Source: an uncultured Verrucomicrobiae bacterium
GTDB lineage: Bacteria > Verrucomicrobiota > Verrucomicrobiia > Limisphaerales > UBA11358
DNA: 64,000 bases
Direction of reading: 5' to 3'
NCBI GenBank assembly: GCA_963789335.1
Contig: CAWBKH010000002.1
Coordinates: 455,703 to 519,702 of the forward strand
Shown here one piece after another: positions 7,647-17,809 of this stretch. The translations under genes and the position numbers were made by a program. Numbering within the stretch: the stretch's first letter is position 1; each line of letters starts with the position of its first letter. Below the pieces are notes generated by a model. The model did not search any database and was not told where the DNA came from. It saw only the letters and a program-made list of their open reading frames with translations.

Positions 7647-8846
7647 TTACAAGAGATGTCCCATCTTTTCCCGTTTCGCCTTCAAATACCGTTCATTGTG
7701 TGGATTCGGCTTCACACGAATCGGCACTTGCTCGACGATTTTTAGTCCATAGCCCTCCAGCCCGACCACCTTCTTTGGGTTGTTCGTCAGCAAACGAATA
7801 GTCTTCAAACCGAGATCAACCAGAATTTGCGCGCCGAGACCGTATTCGCGCAGGTCCATGTCGTAACCGAGCTTCTGGTTTGCCTCGACAGTGTCATAGC
7901 CTTGTTCCTGCAATTTGTAGGCCTTGATTTTCGGCGCAAACCCGATGCCGCGACCCTCCTGCCGCATATAGACAATCACGCCGCACCCGGCTTCGGCAAC
8001 TTGTTGCATCGCCCGATGCAGTTGCGAGCCGCAATCGCAACGGCGCGAGCCGAACACGTCGCCAGTCAGACATTCGCTGTGGACGCGCACGAGCACATTT
8101 TTCCGCCCGGCCACTTCGCCGCGCACGAGCGCCACGTGATGTTGCCCGTCGGTTTTCGAACGATACAAATGCAAATCAAAGTCGCCGTAATCGGTTGGCA
8201 GTTTCACCGCCTCTACCTGTTCCACCAATTTTTCGCGCGTGCGGCGATATTCGATCAAGTCGGCAATCGTGCAAATTTTCAGGCGATGCTTTTGGGCAAA
8301 TTTGCGCAACTGCGGCAGCCGCGCCATCGTGCCGTCGTCGTTCAAAATCTCGCAAAGTACGCCGATGTGCCGCAGGCCTGCGAGTTGCACCAGGTCCACC
8401 GCCGCCTCGGTGTGACCGGCGCGTTGCAAAACGCCGCCGGGCCGTGCCCGCAACGGAAAAACGTGGCCGGGTTGAACCAAATCGTCCGGCACAGCGGTCG
8501 GCGCGGCCATGATTTGAATCGTCTTCGCACGGTCGGCGGCGCTGATGCCGGTGGTGATGCCGCGCGCGGCATCCACGCTCACCTGAAAATCGGTGCGAAA
8601 ACTCTCCCGGTTTTGATGCACCATGCGGTCAATGCCAAGTTGTTGCAACCGCTCGGCAGTCGTCGGCGCGCAAATCAGGCCGCGCCCGTGTTTGGCCATG
8701 AAATTCACTGCGGCGGGCGTGACGAATTGTGCTGCCAAGATCAAATCGCCTTCGTTCTCGCGGTCAGCATCGTCCACGACGATGACCATTTTGCCGCGGC
8801 GCAGGTCGGCGATGACGGATTCGATGCTATCGAAGGTGTTTTTCAT
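7647..8846 (-). CDS. ribBA: Bifunctional 3,4-dihydroxy-2-butanone-4-phosphate synthase / GTP cyclohydrolase II
   Basis: RibB part: MVIVVDDADRENEGDLILAA...GHTEAAVDL. RibA part: VRVHSECLTGDVFGSRRCDCG...GRGIG. The start is taken at MKNTFDSIE (ATG at 8846) within ORF 7647..8879. Confidence 0.9.
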   Translation of the reverse strand: MKNTFDSIESVIADLRRGKMVIVVDDADRENEGDLILAAQFVTPAAVNFMAKHGRGLICAPTTAERLQQLGIDRMVHQNRESFRTDFQVSVDAARGITTGISAADRAKTIQIMAAPTAVPDDLVQPGHVFPLRARPGGVLQRAGHTEAAVDLVQLAGLRHIGVLCEILNDDGTMARLPQLRKFAQKHRLKICTIADLIEYRRTREKLVEQVEAVKLPTDYGDFDLHLYRSKTDGQHHVALVRGEVAGRKNVLVRVHSECLTGDVFGSRRCDCGSQLHRAMQQVAEAGCGVIVYMRQEGRGIGFAPKIKAYKLQEQGYDTVEANQKLGYDMDLREYGLGAQILVDLGLKTIRLLTNNPKKVVGLEGYGLKIVEQVPIRVKPNPHNERYLKAKREKMGHLL

Positions 8847-9040
8847 TCGGCGGGGCCATCGTAACCGCACGGCCTGCAAACGTCAGCCGTAAAAACATTG
8901 CACCCAGGCAGACGCCAAAACGAGAATTCTGCTCTTTTTTGTTTGTCGCAGGACAAGTGGGACTTAATATCGGCATGTCCATTTGTATTTGGAATACACG
9001 GAAGCAAGGGCAAGCGGGCGCCAGAACGTTCTTTTGATTT

Positions 9041-10180
9041 ATGTCACCCGACGGCTCAACCAAAGTTAACAGCGGACTCCCGACCGGAACTCCGGCGGGT
9101 TTCTTACAGGAAAGTCTTGCGTGCGGCGTGCTGGTTGTGGGCGCGCGCGGACGCATCGTCGCCTGCACGCCCGAAGCCGCCGCGCACCTGCGCGTAAAAG
9201 CGACACGATTGAAAAACGCATCGGTGAATTCCCTGCCCGCCCCGCTCCCCAAGCTCATTCACGATACAGCCAAAAGCGGCCAGCCGGTGACCAACCTGGA
9301 AATTTTGCTGAAAAATTCCCAACGTGGCACAACGCCATTGCGGGCGAGCATCCTGCCGGTGAAAACCCGCGCGCAATCGCAGGTCGTTGTCGTTCTCAAC
9401 AATCTCATCTCCGCGCCGGTGTTCGAGCAAAATATGCGGCGGCTGGATCGGCTGGCCAGCCTCGGCACACTTTCGGCCAGCATGGCGCATGAAATCAAAA
9501 ACGGCATGGTCGCCATCAAGACATTCATTGATTTGCTGCTGCAAAAGGGCCAGGACACCGAGCTGACCGAGGTCGTCAATCGCGAATTGCAGCGCATCAA
9601 CGCAATCGTCACGCAAATGCTGCGGTTCGCGGCGCCCAAGGGAGCCACTTTCACAACTGTGCATGTGCATGAGTTGCTCGACCATTCGTTGCGACTGCTG
9701 CACCACCAGATCTCCGGAAAACTGATTTCGCTCCAGCGCCGTTTCCAGGCTCAACCGGACGTGGTGCGCGGCGACGACGCGCAATTGCAACAGGCGTTCA
9801 TGAACCTGCTGCTCAACGCGCTCGAGGCCATGGACACAAATGGCGTGCTGACGGTGGCCACGGAAACCACGGAAGGCGGGCACGGGGCATCGTTGCTGCA
9901 CATTCACATCCAGGACACCGGCGTAGGCATTGCGCGCGAAAATCTGGGGCGGCTGTTTGAACCATTTTTCACCACCAAGAAAAACGGCACCGGGTTGGGG
10001 TTGGCCATCAGCCAGCGCATTGCGCACGAACATCAAGGCGCCATTCGCGCGCTAAGCGAAGTCAACCGAGGCTCAACCTTCAGCCTTTCCCTGCCGGTTT
10101 GCAGCCCGGCGAAAACCATTCCGTTTAAGGATGCAGGGTTCAGCGTCACTAACACTAAACCTGCAACCAGACCAGAGTGA
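9041..10180 (+). CDS. Sensor histidine kinase (PAS-like N-terminus, HisKA, HATPase_c)
   Basis: H-box LSASMAHEIKNGMVAIKTF, N-box LLLNALEAM, G-boxes QDTGVGI and GTGLGLAIS. Confidence 0.8.
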   Translation: MSPDGSTKVNSGLPTGTPAGFLQESLACGVLVVGARGRIVACTPEAAAHLRVKATRLKNASVNSLPAPLPKLIHDTAKSGQPVTNLEILLKNSQRGTTPLRASILPVKTRAQSQVVVVLNNLISAPVFEQNMRRLDRLASLGTLSASMAHEIKNGMVAIKTFIDLLLQKGQDTELTEVVNRELQRINAIVTQMLRFAAPKGATFTTVHVHELLDHSLRLLHHQISGKLISLQRRFQAQPDVVRGDDAQLQQAFMNLLLNALEAMDTNGVLTVATETTEGGHGASLLHIHIQDTGVGIARENLGRLFEPFFTTKKNGTGLGLAISQRIAHEHQGAIRALSEVNRGSTFSLSLPVCSPAKTIPFKDAGFSVTNTKPATRPE

Positions 10181-10334
10181 ATTTTTCAAATTGGACGCCC
10201 CCCGAAAGCCGCCACCACGCTGGAGCCAAAGCCGATAGCGCCTCCAGTTTGCCGAGAAGGTTTCGGGTTGGCGGATGTCATCAGTCGGCGTGGCTGCTTT
10301 GGATCGTTAGGCTTCCGAGCACCGCCGAAAAAAT

Positions 10335-10574
10335 ATGAAAACGAAACAATTAGCGAACATTCTAATCAAGATTCTGGGGCTTTCGGTTACTATTTACAGC
10401 ATCCCTGGTATCAGTATGGGACTTTCCGATTGGGGATCCCACACTACGATACAAGCGGGACCAAGTTTCTGGGCTTATCCTATATCATCCGTGATTATGG
10501 CAGTTATCGGGATATATCTCATTATTCAGAGCCGGCAAGTTGCCCGGGTTTTATTCAAGAGCGATGATGAGTGA
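10335..10574 (+). CDS. Small two-TM membrane protein, unknown function
   Basis: 79-aa ORF with two hydrophobic helices (ILIKILGLSVTIYSI; VIMAVIGIYLII). Local GC is low. Confidence 0.45.
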   Translation: MKTKQLANILIKILGLSVTIYSIPGISMGLSDWGSHTTIQAGPSFWAYPISSVIMAVIGIYLIIQSRQVARVLFKSDDE

Positions 10575-10723
10575 TTGACGGAAGCCTACCGCGCTGGACC
10601 CAACGGCCACCGCCGTTTCAGTTTTGACCGCCAGATGGAACTCGAACATCATTATTGCAAGCGAGAGTCCGGCTCCAGTGGCCGTGGCTTTAGATCGTTA
10701 GCCATCGTTTGCCCAGAGAAATT

Positions 10724-11233
10724 ATGAAGATGGTCCTGTTGCCAATTGCAGCTTGTATGCTGCTGCTCTTGACTGGCTGCATTAAGACCGTGGACGATCA
10801 CTCAATGACCGATGTTTCCCGCTCCGAAGGCAACTTAAAGCAGATTGGCTTGGCATTTTTAATGTGGGCCGACGCACACCACAATCAATTTCCGTTCAAC
10901 GTAAGCCAAGCACTGGGCGGCACTCGTGAGCTATGCGACCGAGATAACAATGGGTTTGAAAGAAATCCTGTTCCAACTTTTATGGTTATGTCTAACGAAT
11001 TACCCAATACCAAGATTTTGGTTTGCCCAAACGACAAGACAAAGAAGGCAGCGTCAGACTTTGCGAGCCTGACGACAAATAACATTAGTTACGAACTGCG
11101 AACTGGAACGAATGTTGGCCCTGACCATCCAACAGAGATTCTGGCTATTGATCCCATTAATGGATTGGTGCTTTACTGCGATGGCAGCGTTCATAGAAAC
11201 AATCACTACAAACAAGCGGCCGCGAACAATTGA
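10724..11233 (+). CDS. Lipoprotein, unknown function (C-terminal LYCDGSVH motif reminiscent of the DUF1559 / H-X9-DG tail)
   Basis: MKMVLLPIAACMLLLLTGC contains a lipobox (LTGC). ATG at 10724 within ORF 10709..11233. Low GC. The family assignment is weak. Confidence 0.5.
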   Translation: MKMVLLPIAACMLLLLTGCIKTVDDHSMTDVSRSEGNLKQIGLAFLMWADAHHNQFPFNVSQALGGTRELCDRDNNGFERNPVPTFMVMSNELPNTKILVCPNDKTKKAASDFASLTTNNISYELRTGTNVGPDHPTEILAIDPINGLVLYCDGSVHRNNHYKQAAANN

Positions 11234-11291
11234 TGTGACGGGTTCATTGACACGATGCCTCCTATGAGTGTTGACGAGTCAAGCGGCTCGC

Positions 11292-13523
11292 TCATTGCCC
11301 TACAAGGCTGTCCGGCGCGACGGTGTCGGCACCCGGTTTGTAGCGCGGATTCGCTTTAAGTGAAAAGCTGAAGGCAACGGTATAATCAGTCGGACCGCTG
11401 CTGTTGTCCTGCACCCGAAAGGTCAATGCGCCGGTCCAGCTCCGGAAATCCCGGTAGAGGGTGTAAAACTGCCCTTGCAAGCGCCCGCTTTGGGCATCGA
11501 AATCGTGCGCAGCGCGCAGACCCCAGTTGTCACTCAGCCGGTAAAAGATGGTGCTGGTGATGAAGTTCTCGCCCTCGTCCAAAAACCCGTTGCGCAGGTA
11601 CCAGTGGCCAATGCCCCAACTCCATCGGTCATTCGGCGCGAAGGCAACTTGATGAAACGACATGTTCAGTTCGCTGGCATTGATGCTGTAACGCAGTTGG
11701 GACGTAAGCGTGATCCACGTACGCGGCTTGAACGATAGGTCGGAATAGAGATCGTCGAAGGTTTGTTGCGGTTGCAAAAAGATGGCATTGGTCTGCGCGT
11801 TGGGCTTGAGATTCCAGTCGAGCATGAGGTTCCAGTTGAGCAAGTTGTCGAGCCGGCCATTGCGCATGGTCTGAAGCGTGTTGCGCAGGCCGAAACGAAT
11901 CACGTTCTCGCTGTCAATGGCGTCAATGTCGTTGTAGTCGGGAAACCGGATGGGCAGCAACTCCAGGCTGGGCAATTGGGTGTCGAACTGTGGCAACTGC
12001 GTCGCCGACTTGCTCGGATTCGGAACGTAAACGTAATTCACCGACGGCTGGATGATATGACGCAAGCCGTCAATGTCCAAAAGTGAGTTCGTTGCGCCCG
12101 TCCACAAACGCGAAACCTTGAAGGAGACTTCCGCGCCCGTGTCGAAAACCCGGCGATAGGTTTCGCTGTTGGTCCCGGCGGGTCCGGTTTCGTCACTGTA
12201 ATAGGTGAGCCGTCCGCCGGCGTGCGGCGTCACGTTCAGCCAGTTGAAGAACGTCCACGGCAGGAGTAATTGGTGATACGTGTCGGCGCGCGCGGCGGCG
12301 TAATAAGGCAGCGCCGGATTGTTGGTGTCGGCGTACAGTTGGCGGTAGTAACCGGCGGAGCTTTCACTTTCGTAATAAACCGGCGTGTCGAAAATGGGCT
12401 GGCGAAAGCCGGTGAGGTTCACCTGGGGCAGCCGCTCGACTTGATCAAAGAAGTCATTGACGCCGGGTGTGGTGATCGTGTCGAGGTCCCAATTTTCCCA
12501 ATATTTGTCAACCTCGGTGAACGTGTTCGGCTGCGGATTCGCGGTGTAGGCACCTTGGGAAAAATCGTGCAGCACCAACGGATCGCTCTGGTAATTGACC
12601 ATTGCCTTGACGTTCAAGTTGGTGAACGGCGTGGCCTGATAGCCGAAGTATAACCACTGGCGGTTCTCGGGGATGTTTCCGTAGTAGGGCAGACTGTTTG
12701 TGCTATAGTTCGGGTCCTGGTCATGCACATAATAATATTTGAAGGTGGCCTCACCCCAGCGGTTCAGGTGCAGATTCAACTCCGGCCCCGTGCCGACACC
12801 GCGCTTTTCACGGTAATCCAGTCGCAATCTGCCATCCGCCTCGTCGTTGAGATACCAATTGTAATCGCTCAATAAAAACGGCCCGTAGGCGCTGCTGTAG
12901 CCGGGGAGAAAATTGAAGGTGTTCGCGTGTTCGCCCAGGCTGCGCCGGTAAAACGGAAAATAAAACGTCGGCACGCCGTCCATGTACAGCACCGCGTTCC
13001 ACATCTCCACGTATTTGCCGGGTACAATTTTGATGCGGCTGGCGCGAACGCGGATGGCCGGATTGCTCACGTCGTCGGTGGTGACAAAAGCGTGGCGGGC
13101 GTTGTAGGTATGGTTGGTAATGTCACCCTGCAATTCGCGGCCCGCCGCGAACGCCGGGGGCTTGCCCATGCGGAACTCCTCGCTGCGCATCTGATGCGTC
13201 TTGAAATTGTAGGTGATGTGATCGCCGACCCAGATTTGGTCGCCCGACTCGATGCGCACGTGGCCGTCGGCCACCACTTCGCCCGTCCGCTGATTCACCT
13301 TCGCGCTGTCCGCCATGAGCGTCGCGTTGCCGTATTTAATGAAGATGTTTGTGCCGTGCGCGAGGTCATTTTGGAAATCGTATTCCACGCCGCCTTGTGG
13401 CGCGCCCGGGATGATTTGATTAAGCCCTTCGACCTCCCAACTCTGCTCCGGTTGCGCCAGAACGACGACGGGAAAAAAAGCGGCACAAAGAACGAGCAGG
13501 AAGATGGCGGGCGCTCTTGTCAT
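11292..13523 (-). CDS. lptD: LPS-assembly outer-membrane protein LptD (OstA family)
   Basis: 743 aa with a signal peptide. OstA-like N-domain GNATLMADSAKVNQRTGEVVADGHVRIESGDQIWVGDHITYNF, followed by a long Y/N/D-rich beta-barrel region. Confidence 0.8.
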   Translation of the reverse strand: MTRAPAIFLLVLCAAFFPVVVLAQPEQSWEVEGLNQIIPGAPQGGVEYDFQNDLAHGTNIFIKYGNATLMADSAKVNQRTGEVVADGHVRIESGDQIWVGDHITYNFKTHQMRSEEFRMGKPPAFAAGRELQGDITNHTYNARHAFVTTDDVSNPAIRVRASRIKIVPGKYVEMWNAVLYMDGVPTFYFPFYRRSLGEHANTFNFLPGYSSAYGPFLLSDYNWYLNDEADGRLRLDYREKRGVGTGPELNLHLNRWGEATFKYYYVHDQDPNYSTNSLPYYGNIPENRQWLYFGYQATPFTNLNVKAMVNYQSDPLVLHDFSQGAYTANPQPNTFTEVDKYWENWDLDTITTPGVNDFFDQVERLPQVNLTGFRQPIFDTPVYYESESSAGYYRQLYADTNNPALPYYAAARADTYHQLLLPWTFFNWLNVTPHAGGRLTYYSDETGPAGTNSETYRRVFDTGAEVSFKVSRLWTGATNSLLDIDGLRHIIQPSVNYVYVPNPSKSATQLPQFDTQLPSLELLPIRFPDYNDIDAIDSENVIRFGLRNTLQTMRNGRLDNLLNWNLMLDWNLKPNAQTNAIFLQPQQTFDDLYSDLSFKPRTWITLTSQLRYSINASELNMSFHQVAFAPNDRWSWGIGHWYLRNGFLDEGENFITSTIFYRLSDNWGLRAAHDFDAQSGRLQGQFYTLYRDFRSWTGALTFRVQDNSSGPTDYTVAFSFSLKANPRYKPGADTVAPDSLVGQ

Positions 13524-13760
13524 TCGGCGCGGCCAATTAAACAGAACGTTCCCCCACTGCCAAGCGGATTTGCCTCCCTCGTGCGCTCAATCTTGCTCCT
13601 GATTTTAATCCCGCTTCATTTTCCCGCCCTTGGCCTTTTCGCCCGACGCTTTGCCTTTGTTTGCAGCGTGCGGAGCGTGTTCTGCAAAACCGGCGTAGCG
13701 GCTTTCGGCAGAAAGCCGCATTCTTCAGTTTTCTGGTGTTTGCGGCGCTCTGCCGAGACG

Positions 13761-13795
13761 CCGCTACGGTCAATTGGGAGTTATGCAGAGGTCTC
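13761..13795. repeat. Solo remnant of the right terminal repeat of the IS5-family element found at 20488-21643
   Basis: ccgctacggtcaattgggagttatgcagaggtctc compared with the IS right end ccgccctgttcaaatgagttttgcagaggtctc (21611-21643). The terminal 12 nt tgcagaggtctc are identical. No transposase-like coding sequence is adjacent. Confidence 0.5.
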
Positions 13796-14148
13796 AAGGC
13801 TCAAACAACGGATTTTATGGCGCAGCAGCGACTCCAGCAGGCGGAGTTCACTTTCGGAAAGCGGCAAAACCTCGGCCACGGCGCAAACTCCGGTTGAGCC
13901 GGTCCATCGGCGGGGATTGAAGTGAAATCAGCGTGAGGCGGACGTCCTCGGGATCGGCATCAGGATGGCACGCCATCACGGCGGCGACATCAGCGGCGAG
14001 ATTTTTGCCCCAACGATTCACCGGCCACGGTTTTGAGCGACGTGGATGCCGACCGTCTCACGTGGACAATCTAATCAACCAACCAGCGCTCGTCGAGCAA
14101 GAGTTCGGATGATCTGCCGCGCGAACGGCATGAAAAGGTTCAAGTAAA

Positions 14149-14436
14149 CTATCGGCGTTGCCGGCAGCCGAGCATTCCAAACGCCGCCAGCCCGGACGCC
14201 AGCAGCAACAGGCTCGACGGCTCGGGCACTGATTCGTAAGGCAGGAGATGGTCCTGCGCGAACGTGCTGACCTCGATAGCTTCCGGGAGCGAAAAAGTGA
14301 GATCGAAGGTAGGGACGGCCAGCCCCAGCCGTCCCCGCCCGCGTTCAGCGGGTGGAACGGGAAACTCCGCGTTGCTGGCGGGTTTCCTTGCGCCGCTGGA
14401 CGCAGCGCGGACATCCCGGCGAGATGTCCCTGCCCT
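14149..14436 (-). pseudogene. Orphan C-terminal fragment of a PEP-CTERM protein (no start codon)
   Basis: The stop-to-stop frame ends ...DHLLPYESVPEPSSLLLLASGLAAFGMLGCRQRR*, which is the VPEP motif, a TM helix and a basic tail. There is no ATG or GTG upstream in frame. The listed ORF 14058..14414 is a different frame. Confidence 0.55.
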
Positions 14437-15285
14437 TCAAACGGGGAAAGCTGTCAGAGGCACCCGGGGGTTCTTCATCAGCCAATTATTGCTTGACACG
14501 CGGCAATATTTGTGAAAGCCTCGGCTGCCCTAGAGAACCATGGTCGGGAGCGGGCCAGCCGAGGAAAGCACCTTGCGCTGAATCAGGTCAGAGGCGAAAA
14601 CTTTCTGATAAAGTCGAAGACATGGCTACTGATAACGGTCGTCGTTTGCAGTTGGTTTACAATCAGCCAACGCATCTGCGCTCGAAGTGAAACGGGTGTT
14701 CATCCGGCCGGCCCGCCCGACGCCTGCCAATTTTTCCACAGCCGCGGATGGTTCACTCCGGGACTGAATCCGGCGCGCTTCGTTCACTGCCCGCGAAGCC
14801 GCCTGCTGAATTCTCACGCGACTGATCCGGCGTCGCCGCGCTTTGCCCGATGGGCGGAGTTGCCGCCCGATAACGAGGAGCCAGCGGACGACAGCCGGTC
14901 CGACGCTCATGCGATGGAATTCGCCGGGGGTCCAACCTGTCTGCGCGCGGCCGAATGGCGATTAAGCCGGCCTGACCCGCAGTGCGCCAATTCGTTTATC
15001 AATTCCAAAACCAAACCACCCCCATGAACACAACCATGAAAAACATCAGAGAATTAAACCTGTCATTCTCCCTTCTTCCTCCCCTCCTGCTACTCAGCAT
15101 AGTTTCCGTCCCACCACCGCCGCGACTCGCCCGGGGCACAGCCTTCGCCAACCAAGGCCGTTTGAACAGCGGCACGAGTCCCGCCGATGGGAACTTTGTT
15201 TTTCCATCTCAACCCGCAATAACCTCTGAACCAGACAACTCGAAACCGACAAGAAGTTAACCAAAACAGAAGAAAGGACGACACC

Positions 15286-17776
15286 ATGAAATTCACCATC
15301 AAACATAACGCCTGGCTGCTCCCTGCGTTGGCAGCCGCACTTTTGGGCAACCCCAACGCCAACGCCGCCAGCCTCCTGGTCACCAACTTCGGTGATAGCG
15401 GTCCCGGCACGTTGCGCAATCAAATCGCGGCCGCATCGTCCGGGGACGAAATCTATTTTAACACTCCCGGCACTGTCGTGCTCAACTCGGAGCTGACGAT
15501 TTCCAACAAGGGCCTCTCAATTATCAACATCGTCACGAACCTGGTCCGGATCAGCGGGAACAACACCAGCCGCGTGTTCAACCTCAGTAGCAGCAACGGC
15601 GTCGTCCTTGAGAACCTGGCAATAACTGATGGCCGCGTGGTGGGCACCAACGGCGCTTTCGGTCATAACGGCGAAAATGTCTATGGCGGGGGAATCCTGG
15701 TTGGAAACAATGAAAGCGTATTGGTGTTATCGTGCCTGCTTAGCAACAACGTGGCCGTGGGAGGGCAACCTGGTGCCGGAGCAAACGGTGGGAATGCGTA
15801 CGGAGGAGCCATTGGCAATCTCGGCAGTATGCACTTGTACAACAGCCTCGTAGTCAGCAATGATTCTTTCGGTGGTTCGGGTGGAATGACTGGCGGCGGA
15901 GGCCAGGCTTGGGGCGGCGCCATCTATACGGAAGGTTCCATCATCGTTTTCGAAACAACGCTCTTCGCCAATGTCGCCACCGGAGGTCCGGGCGGAGGAG
16001 GACTCGGCAGCGGAGCAGGAGGGGCCATATACAACGTGGGTGACCTGCAGATTATCACCTGCACGATCGTCAGTAATTCCGCCGCCGGCCCGGCCCCAAT
16101 TCGGGGGGGGCCATCCAGGACTACGGTACGACGACGATCGAAGACAGCACAATTGTAGGCAACCAGGCTGGTTACGGCGGTGGCATCACTGGCGGAGAAA
16201 TCTCAAGCACTATTCTAGCTGGAAATATTGCAGCCGTTGACCCGGATGGGAGTGGCACGATCGCTTCATATGATTACAATCTCGTTCAGCACACCAACGG
16301 CATCACTTTTACCGGCCCGATCACCCACACTCTGATGGGGCTGGATCCGCTGCTCGGTCCACTGCAATACAATGGGGGTCCAACATACCCTTTCGCGGTG
16401 TTGACGATGGCGCCATTACCCGGCAGCCCGGTGATTGATAAGGGAAACAGTGAAAACGGCACTGATGAGCGCGGCTTTAGCCGGCCTTACGATACTGCGA
16501 TTCCCAACGCGGCGGGCGGAAACGGCGCGGACATTGGCGCCGTTGAAATTATTCCGACTACTGTCGCGGTTCTAAACATAAATGACAGCGGCCCGGGTTC
16601 CTTGCGCCAGGCGGTTTTGGATAACAATGGCCTGGGTGGCGGTAACTCGATTACCTTCTCGAACACGGTCACCGGGACCATAACGCTTCTCAGTGGCGAG
16701 CTGGCTGTGACCATGCCGGCCACCGTGCTTGGCCCCGGCGCAAGTGCGCTGGCGATCAGCGCCAATCACAACGGCCGGGTCTTCGATGTTCTGGGCGGCC
16801 CGGTCAAGATTTCCGGTCTGACCCTCCGCGATGGACTCACTGTCGGCAGCCCCGGGTTGTCCGGGCAGATCGGGTATGACGGGCAAGGCGGAGGCATTTT
16901 CAACCAGGCTACCCTCACGCTTGCGAATTGCCTTGTCCTCAGCAACAGCGTGGTCGGCGGCATGGGCGGCGCGGCCACTTCGGGCTCGGCGGGCGACGGC
17001 GGCAAGGGTCTGGGCGGCGGGGTTTACAACGCGGGTGGCAATCTCTTTTTGACTCAGTGTGTGTTTGACGGGAACACAAGCGTGGGCGGCCAGGGCGGCA
17101 GTGCCACGACGGGCTATGCGGGCTATGCCGGCAACGGATTGGGCGGGGCGGTTTGCACCATTTCGGGAACGAATATTCTAACGGCCTGCAGCCTGATGGA
17201 TGGGCTGGCGATGGGCGGCCAGGGAGGCGTGGCCACCGGCGGCGGTTCTCCCGGCATCGGCGGACAGGGTTATGGCGGAGGATTGTATTCCGAGAGCGAA
17301 GTGGACTTCGTCAACTCCACCGTCAGCGGAAACAACGCCACGTCATCGTCGGGCAAAACCCGCTGCTCGGGCCGCTCGCGGACAATGGCGGCGCGACCTT
17401 GACTCTGGCCCTGTTGTCCGGCAGTCCGGCCATTGATCAGGGCAAAAATTTTGGGGGCGCCACCGACCAGCGCGGCATGCCGCGGCCATACGACCTGCCC
17501 TCGATTGCGAACGCCGGCGGCGGCGACGGCAGCGACATCGGCGCGTTCGAGTTCCTGCCCACGCCGCAGTTGAACATTCAACACGCCAACGGCAACAACG
17601 TCGTCCTGTTTTGGACGACGGATGCCGCCAACTACCGCCTTGTATCGGCCACGAATCTGTCTCCGGCCATCACCTGGTCAAACGTCACCAGCGCGCGGGT
17701 CACCCTCGGCAACCAGGTGTACACCACCAATGCAACGGCGGGCGCCAGCCGGTTTTACCAGCTCATCTTCCCATGA
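15286..17776 (+). pseudogene. Beta-helix (Pmp-repeat / choice-of-anchor-Q-like, GGAI repeats) surface protein gene, interrupted by two -1-type frameshifts
   Basis: Three consecutive ORFs (15286..16158, 16335..17402, 17153..17776) read as one protein. It has a signal peptide, LVTNFGDSGPGTLRNQI and INDSGPGSLRQAV modules, repeated GGAIxxxG...N motifs and a C-terminal ...RFYQLIFP module. Frame changes occur at the G8 tract (16103-16110) and near 17345-17352. Confidence 0.75.
16103..16110 (+). repeat. Poly-G tract (G8) at the first frameshift of the beta-helix gene
   Basis: att cgg ggg ggg cca... With nine G the reading continues ...IRGGAIQDYGTTTIEDSTIVGNQAGYGGGI... straight into ORF 16335..17402. 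The alternative frame is open from 16077. Confidence 0.85.
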
Positions 17777-17809
17777 ACGGAATGATTTGGTTGTGTCCTA
17801 ATTTGCCTC

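Noticed and set aside
8847-9040. FMN riboswitch (RFN element) upstream of ribBA; also checked 2328-2409 upstream of ribH
   Set aside because: The minus-strand leader contains only a vague resemblance (ccgtgtattcc ... gccgatattaagtccc) to the 3' half of the RFN consensus. It lacks the GGGTGAAATTCCC / ACCGGCGGT core. The evidence is not sufficient for a call, and a covariance-model scan would settle it.
10181-10723. Integron-like gene cassettes (GTTAGGC / GTTAGCC resembling attC core sites) or a sigma-54 promoter in the shared upstream box
   Set aside because: Only one of the two sites fits GTTRRRY. I found no inverse core (RYYYAAC) partner or integrase. The GG-N10-GC spacing required for sigma-54 is not met in either copy.
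14626-14910. 94-aa minus-strand ORF (MSVGPAVVRWLLVIG...RRRISRVRIQQAASRAVNEARRI...) in the gene-poor stretch
   Set aside because: It has one hydrophobic segment and a basic region but no recognisable family motif. It lies in a region full of gene fragments. It cannot be supported as a gene without homology or expression data.
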